Assembly (NCBI GenBank): GCA_963977445.1
Contig: CAXBPH010000227.1
Coordinates: 1 to 11,408 of the forward strand
Length of the DNA stretch: 11,408 nucleotides
Direction: 5' to 3'
Source of the DNA: an uncultured bacterium
GTDB lineage: Bacteria; Hydrogenedentota; Hydrogenedentia; Hydrogenedentales; JAEUWI01
The notes below the pieces were generated by a model. The model ran no database searches, was not told the DNA's origin, and saw nothing but the letters and a program-made list of their open reading frames with translations. The position numbers and the translations under genes were made by a program. Shown here piece after piece: positions 7,198 through 11,408 of the stretch. The first letter of the stretch is position 1. Every line of letters begins with the position of its first letter.

Positions 7198-7612
7198 AGA
7201 TTTCTATGTTACGTTTCGATCGTCGCCCCGGCTTCTTTGTGATGTTCGGGCGATGTTGCGTAGTTACCTGACCAGTCACGGTGTGGATTCCGATAAGATT
7301 CAGGAAGTGGTGCTGGCGGTGGATGAGGCCTGTACGAATGCCATTCGTCATGCCTATTCTGGTCGGGAAGATAAAATGTTGGAACTTTCTCTCTGTTCCG
7401 GGGATGGATGGATAGAGCTGGAGTTGTGTGATTCGGGAATTCCCGCGCCCTATGAGCGCATTAAGCCCAAGAGCGAAGAAGTGATTGCGGCAGAGGCGCT
7501 CACGCCGGGAGGGCTGGGCATGCATCTGATTTACAACGTATTTGACGATGTAACGTTCACGCCCGGTGATTCAGCGGGAAACACAATTGTGATGCGACTC
7601 CGTTGCGCCTGA
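7184..7612 (+). CDS. RsbW/SpoIIAB-like anti-sigma factor / serine kinase (HATPase_c)
   Basis: N-box LAVDEACTNAIRHAY, G1 box CDSG, G2 box GGLGMHLI..VFDDV. Overlaps the phosphatase 3' end by 14 nt, suggesting translational coupling. Confidence 0.92.
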   Translation: MASSRDFYVTFRSSPRLLCDVRAMLRSYLTSHGVDSDKIQEVVLAVDEACTNAIRHAYSGREDKMLELSLCSGDGWIELELCDSGIPAPYERIKPKSEEVIAAEALTPGGLGMHLIYNVFDDVTFTPGDSAGNTIVMRLRCA

Positions 7613-7720
7613 TGTGGGTGTAACGTGATTCGGTAAGGATATTTTCGACACAAGCGACCGGTATCGGGCGGAGATTGGGGCCTCCACCGTCACACGGGAA
7701 CGATAGCAAGGGTGAATAGG

Positions 7721-8035
7721 ATGGCGCTAGAATTATCACAAGTGGAGCAAGACGGTCATTGTATCGTGATGGCCAAGGGTGAAATCGACCTGTACTCTTC
7801 GCCTCAGTTGCGCGACGCGATACTCAAGGCGTGTAAAGCGTCCAAAAATAAAGTAGGCGTCAATCTCAGTGAGGTTGCCTACATGGATTCGTCCGGCGTG
7901 GCCACGCTGGTGGAAGGCCTCCAGGCGTCGGGCGGCGCAGATTCTTTCCTGTTGATTGCGCCCTCACAATCTGTGCTCAAGGTGCTGCAACTTTCCCGTC
8001 TGGATTCCGTCTTCAGCATTGTGGAGCACGTGTAG
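7721..8035 (+). CDS. STAS-domain anti-sigma-factor antagonist (RsbV/SpoIIAA-like; possible MlaB role)
   Basis: 104 aa from ATG 7721. Motifs GEIDLYSSPQLR, VNLSEVAYMDSSGVATLV (Ser57, codon 7889-7891, is the RsbV/SpoIIAA phospho-acceptor position) and VLQLSRLDSVF. An alternative GTG start is at 7712. Confidence 0.92.
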   Translation: MALELSQVEQDGHCIVMAKGEIDLYSSPQLRDAILKACKASKNKVGVNLSEVAYMDSSGVATLVEGLQASGGADSFLLIAPSQSVLKVLQLSRLDSVFSIVEHV

Positions 8036-8041
8036 GGTCTC

Positions 8042-8833
8042 ATGTCTGCCATTCTGGGAAATACGGGCCGCGTCACGATGAACGCCCTCTATGCCGCCAG
8101 CACGGTATGCGTGCTGATGGTGGATACCCTCAATTGGATGATCTGGCAGCCCCTGCGTGGCAAGGGCATCCGCATGCGGAGCGCCACGGAGCATTTCGTC
8201 GAGTTTGGCGTTCGCTCCGTGCCTATCGTGGGGCTGATTTGCGCCCTCATCGGGGTCATCATGGCCCTGCAGGCGGCCTACACCTTGCAAAAATGGGGTG
8301 CGACGGCCTTGATCGCCAACCTGGTCGGCATTTCTGCCCTCCGGGAACTGGCCCCCCTCATGACAGCCATATTGATTACCGGTCGTTGCGGCTCCGCCAT
8401 TACGGCAGAGATCGGCACGATGAAAGTGGCGGAAGAAATCGACGCCCTGAATGTCATGGGGCTGAATCCCACAAAATTCCTGGTCGTGCCAAAGTTCATG
8501 GCCATGTTTTTTGCCGTGCCCTGCGTTACGGTGCTGGCCATGTTTATCATGATTATGGGCGGTGCCTTTGCCGGGGTGGTGTTGGTGGGGGTGGACCCGG
8601 TGGTTTACTACAATCAGACGGCCGGCGCGTTGACACGGATGGACCTGATCTCGGGTCTTACCAAAAGCGTGTTTTTCGCCGTGACAATCTGTTGGGTAGG
8701 TGTGTATCGCGGTTTCCGCGTGAGCGGTGGTGCCGAAGGTGTGGGTCGTGAAACGACCTCTTCGGTAGTTACCTCGATTCTGATTATCATTGTCGTCGAC
8801 TTGGTGTGGACGTCCTTATTTTTTGCACAGTAG
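8042..8833 (+). CDS. mlaE: MlaE-family ABC transporter permease (MCE system)
   Basis: Motifs GVRSVPIV, RELAPLMTAILITGRCGSAITAEIGTMKVAEEIDALNVMGLNP..LVVP and GGAEGVGRETTSSVV, with multiple TM segments. Starts 6 nt after the STAS stop. Confidence 0.95.
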   Translation: MSAILGNTGRVTMNALYAASTVCVLMVDTLNWMIWQPLRGKGIRMRSATEHFVEFGVRSVPIVGLICALIGVIMALQAAYTLQKWGATALIANLVGISALRELAPLMTAILITGRCGSAITAEIGTMKVAEEIDALNVMGLNPTKFLVVPKFMAMFFAVPCVTVLAMFIMIMGGAFAGVVLVGVDPVVYYNQTAGALTRMDLISGLTKSVFFAVTICWVGVYRGFRVSGGAEGVGRETTSSVVTSILIIIVVDLVWTSLFFAQ

Positions 8834-8836
8834 GCT

Positions 8837-9637
8837 ATGGATAAAGATACCGACAACATACTCGAAGTGCGTGACCTGGTGGTCAAATATGGCGACCGAA
8901 CCGTCCTTGATGGCATAAACATTGATATCAAGCGTGGTGAAGTCTTTGTGATTCTTGGCGGCTCCGGCTGTGGCAAGAGCACCTTGCTCCGCAATCTTGT
9001 GGGGCTGATGCGGCCCCATTCGGGCCAAATCCGTTATAACGGCCAGGACTTCACCAGCATGAACGATGAAGAGCGCGTGAATACCCGAAAGAAAATGGGT
9101 ATGTGCTTTCAGGGTTCTGCGCTGTTTAATTCGATGACGATTGGCGACAACGTGGCGCTGCCCTTACGGGAGCATACCAGTCTGGAGCCATCCACCATTG
9201 ATATCATGACAAAAATTAAGCTGGAGCTGGTGGGGCTGGGTGGCTTTGAAAATTTCATGCCCGCCGAATTAAGTGGCGGCATGATGAAGCGCGCGGGTCT
9301 GGCGCGGGCGATGGCGATGGATCCCGACATTATATTTTATGACGAGCCCTCTGCCGGCTTGGACCCCATTGTAGGCGCGGGTCTGGATATGTTGATCCGC
9401 AAGATGCAGCAGACCTTTAACCTGACCAGTGTGGTGGTGACCCATGAGATGGAGAGCGTTAAGCTCATCGCCGATCGCATCGTCATGCTGGATAAAGGGA
9501 AGGTGATTGGCATGGGTACGCTCGAAGAAATTATGCAGACCGACCATCCTTTCATCGAGCAGTTCTTTGCCCGTCGTCCCGATGCGGAGGGTGAAGATAC
9601 GGCGAAGTATCTTCAGTCACTGACCGACTCAAACTAG
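8837..9637 (+). CDS. mlaF: MlaF/Mkl-family ABC transporter ATPase
   Basis: Walker A GGSGCGKS, FQGSALFNSMT, signature ELSGGMMKRAGLARA, Walker B IIFYDEPSAGLDP, H-loop VVTHE. Starts 3 nt after the mlaE stop. Confidence 0.95.
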   Translation: MDKDTDNILEVRDLVVKYGDRTVLDGINIDIKRGEVFVILGGSGCGKSTLLRNLVGLMRPHSGQIRYNGQDFTSMNDEERVNTRKKMGMCFQGSALFNSMTIGDNVALPLREHTSLEPSTIDIMTKIKLELVGLGGFENFMPAELSGGMMKRAGLARAMAMDPDIIFYDEPSAGLDPIVGAGLDMLIRKMQQTFNLTSVVVTHEMESVKLIADRIVMLDKGKVIGMGTLEEIMQTDHPFIEQFFARRPDAEGEDTAKYLQSLTDSN

Positions 9638-9771
9638 CCGTCGTGCCGTCGCCCCGGTTGCCGGGTGTGTTCTGGCTGTGACGTAAAATTTTGATATGCA
9701 ACGTCTGGCTGGCCGAAGAGGCCCGTGACGGCGCATTAATGCAACATTAATAGAAGCGGAGTAGGAAGGCC

Positions 9772-11013
9772 ATGGCCAGTAAGAAACATAACTTTTCCCG
9801 GACCGAAATCGTCGCGGGTCTTATGGTGCTCGTAAGTCTGGCGGTATTGACAGGCTTTGTGGTTGTCATCGAACAACTGCAGACGGAGCCACCGACCAAA
9901 ACCCTCTATGCCCGGTTTACGAGCACGGTGGGTCTGAGCGACACGGCGGTTGTCCGCTTTGGTGGCCTGCAAGTGGGTCGGGTGGCGGAGATTACCTACG
10001 ATCCCAATGATCAGTCCCTGATTCAGGTTGAGATCCACGTTGATCCCGATGTGCCCATTAACGAATCGAGCCGGGCGACGGTGGAGCAGGTGGGCCTTAC
10101 CGCCGAAAAGCACCTGGAAATATCCACGGGCAGCTCCGACGGCATCTTGATCCCCGATGGGGGCGATATGGCGGTTATCAATAGTGGCTATGGCTTCATC
10201 GACATTCCCGACGTGGATGGCCTGGTGGGTGGCAGTGAGCAGCTCATTGGGGATCTCCGCGATTTTCTCGGGGTAGAGGCGGCGAAAAAAGCCGAAGCGG
10301 CCGGCGAAGAAGAGCTCGCCAGCATTGCCCGCATCTCGGCCGACGTTCGGGCCTTTATGGGTATCAAAGAGGCGCTGGATCGGGAGGCGGCGGGTGGCGC
10401 AGATGCCGTGAAGATTGCGGCCTTGGCGGAAGACCTGCAGAAATTGCTGGGCGTGCGTGAAGCCGTCGCAACGGAAGAAGCGGGCGGCAAAGAATTCGCG
10501 AGCGTATCCCGGATTACCGGTGATGTGCGCGGTATTCTTGGCTGGGAGGCGGCATCGAAAGAAGCCGCGGCCAGCGGAGGTGATGCACCAAATGTTACGG
10601 ATACCATTGGTAGTGTGGATGGTATGCTCACCGACTTCAAACCGCAAATCGATGAAATACTCCAGAAGTTTCCTCCGTTGCAGGATGCCGCGACCAATGT
10701 GATGTCGGGCGTCGCCGACACGATCAATGGTAACCGTGAAGACATCGACGGCATTATCGCGAATGTGAATGGTATTACCACCACGGTCAATGACGATCTC
10801 GGCAAGATTCTTGAAGATATGGGCAGCACGCTGGAGCGCGTTAAGGGGTTGAGCGGTGAAGCAGAAGAGTTGCTGCATCAGAACCGACCGGCTATCGAAG
10901 ATTTGATTGGCGATTTGGGGCACACCATACAGGCCCTGAATGTGTTGTTGGACGATTTGAAGAGCCAACCCCAGTCCGTGTTGTTTGGTCGTCCGGAGGT
11001 GGGTCGGAAGTAG
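9772..11013 (+). CDS. mlaD: MlaD/MCE-family protein with single MCE domain and extended helical C-terminal region
   Basis: RBS AGGAAGG. N-terminal TM (EIVAGLMVLVSLAVLTGFVVVI); MCE motifs GLSDTAVVRFGGLQVGRV and GLTAEKHLEISTG; long helical tail ending in the PqiB-like motif LKSQPQSVLFGR. Confidence 0.92.
   Translation: MASKKHNFSRTEIVAGLMVLVSLAVLTGFVVVIEQLQTEPPTKTLYARFTSTVGLSDTAVVRFGGLQVGRVAEITYDPNDQSLIQVEIHVDPDVPINESSRATVEQVGLTAEKHLEISTGSSDGILIPDGGDMAVINSGYGFIDIPDVDGLVGGSEQLIGDLRDFLGVEAAKKAEAAGEEELASIARISADVRAFMGIKEALDREAAGGADAVKIAALAEDLQKLLGVREAVATEEAGGKEFASVSRITGDVRGILGWEAASKEAAASGGDAPNVTDTIGSVDGMLTDFKPQIDEILQKFPPLQDAATNVMSGVADTINGNREDIDGIIANVNGITTTVNDDLGKILEDMGSTLERVKGLSGEAEELLHQNRPAIEDLIGDLGHTIQALNVLLDDLKSQPQSVLFGRPEVGRK
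10252..10611 (+). repeat. Four tandem 30-aa repeats (2x60-aa) inside MlaD
   Basis: DLRDFLGVEAAKKAEAAGEEELASIARISA / DVRAFMGIKEALDREAAGGADAVKIAALAE / DLQKLLGVREAVATEEAGGKEFASVSRITG / DVRGILGWEAASKEAAASGGDAPNVTDTIG. Each unit starts with Asp, at 10252, 10342, 10432 and 10522 (exact 90-nt period). Confidence 0.85.
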
Positions 11014-11094
11014 ACCCCTTTCCTGTCTGCTCAACTTGGAAACGTGGGTTGCTGCGTGGTGCTTGGACACCGCCGACCCCGAGTAGGAGATATC

Positions 11095-11408
11095 ATGAAG
11101 AAATACATAGCGATAATTGCACTGGCGGGGTTGATTTCCAGCTGCGCAACGTCCCCCAGCCCGAGTATCTATACGGTGAATATGGACCCGTCGTCTAATG
11201 CGGGGAGTCCGGTCAATGTCTCGGTCGGTCGTCTGCGTGTTTCGGAGTCCTTGCTTAACAAGCGGATCTTGATAAAGACGAGCCCCACCGAAATCGAATA
11301 CTATGCGACAGCGCAATGGGCGGCGAGTCTGGATGAAATGTTGCGGGAGAAACTCGCGGTAGAGTTTGGCCCGATTGATACCAGTCGCCCAACTTATGTT
11401 GTGTCGGG
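11095..11408 (+). CDS. PqiC-like / ABC-type transport auxiliary lipoprotein (partial, runs off window)
   Basis: Not in the ORF track. RBS AGGAG, then MKKYIAIIALAGLISSC (lipobox Cys17) ATSPSPSIYTV...VGRLRVSESLLNKRILIKTSPTEIEYYATAQWAASLDEMLREKL. The 'YY...WA..L..ML' pattern and the position after the MCE gene fit the PqiC/ABC_trans_aux family. Confidence 0.85.
   Translation, partial: MKKYIAIIALAGLISSCATSPSPSIYTVNMDPSSNAGSPVNVSVGRLRVSESLLNKRILIKTSPTEIEYYATAQWAASLDEMLREKLAVEFGPIDTSRPTYVVS

Noticed and set aside
9653..9672. CCCGG-TTG-CCGGG hairpin after mlaF as a terminator
   Set aside because: 5-bp stem, 3-nt loop and no real U-tract; too weak to call.
9736..11316. 526-aa and 213-aa minus-strand ORFs
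   Set aside because: Shadows of mlaD and the lipoprotein gene, which have RBSs and family motifs.

Overview
GC-rich bacterial chromosomal window with no RNA genes, CRISPR array or transposase seen. (1) At 1-3151 on the minus strand is a >=1050-aa secreted surface protein that the ORF track misses because it runs off the left edge. It has a signal peptide, a glycine-rich head, an InlB B-repeat, five 97-aa BACON-like repeats and an FN3-like domain. (2) Divergently transcribed are a phosphinothricin/arsinothricin-type GNAT acetyltransferase (possibly leaderless) and a Tat-exported Cys-type sulfatase, separated by a long imperfect inverted repeat. (3) At 5494->11408 is a co-directional cluster: an FHA-GAF-PP2C(SpoIIE) phosphatase, an RsbW/SpoIIAB-like kinase and a STAS protein with an intact DSSG phospho-site, followed directly by an MCE lipid ABC transporter (MlaE, MlaF, a long MlaD with 4x30-aa internal repeats, and a PqiC-like lipoprotein). 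No sigma factor is present in the window. The main hypothesis (inference) is that a partner-switching kinase/phosphatase pair controls an MCE envelope transporter by phosphorylating its STAS (MlaB-like) subunit.
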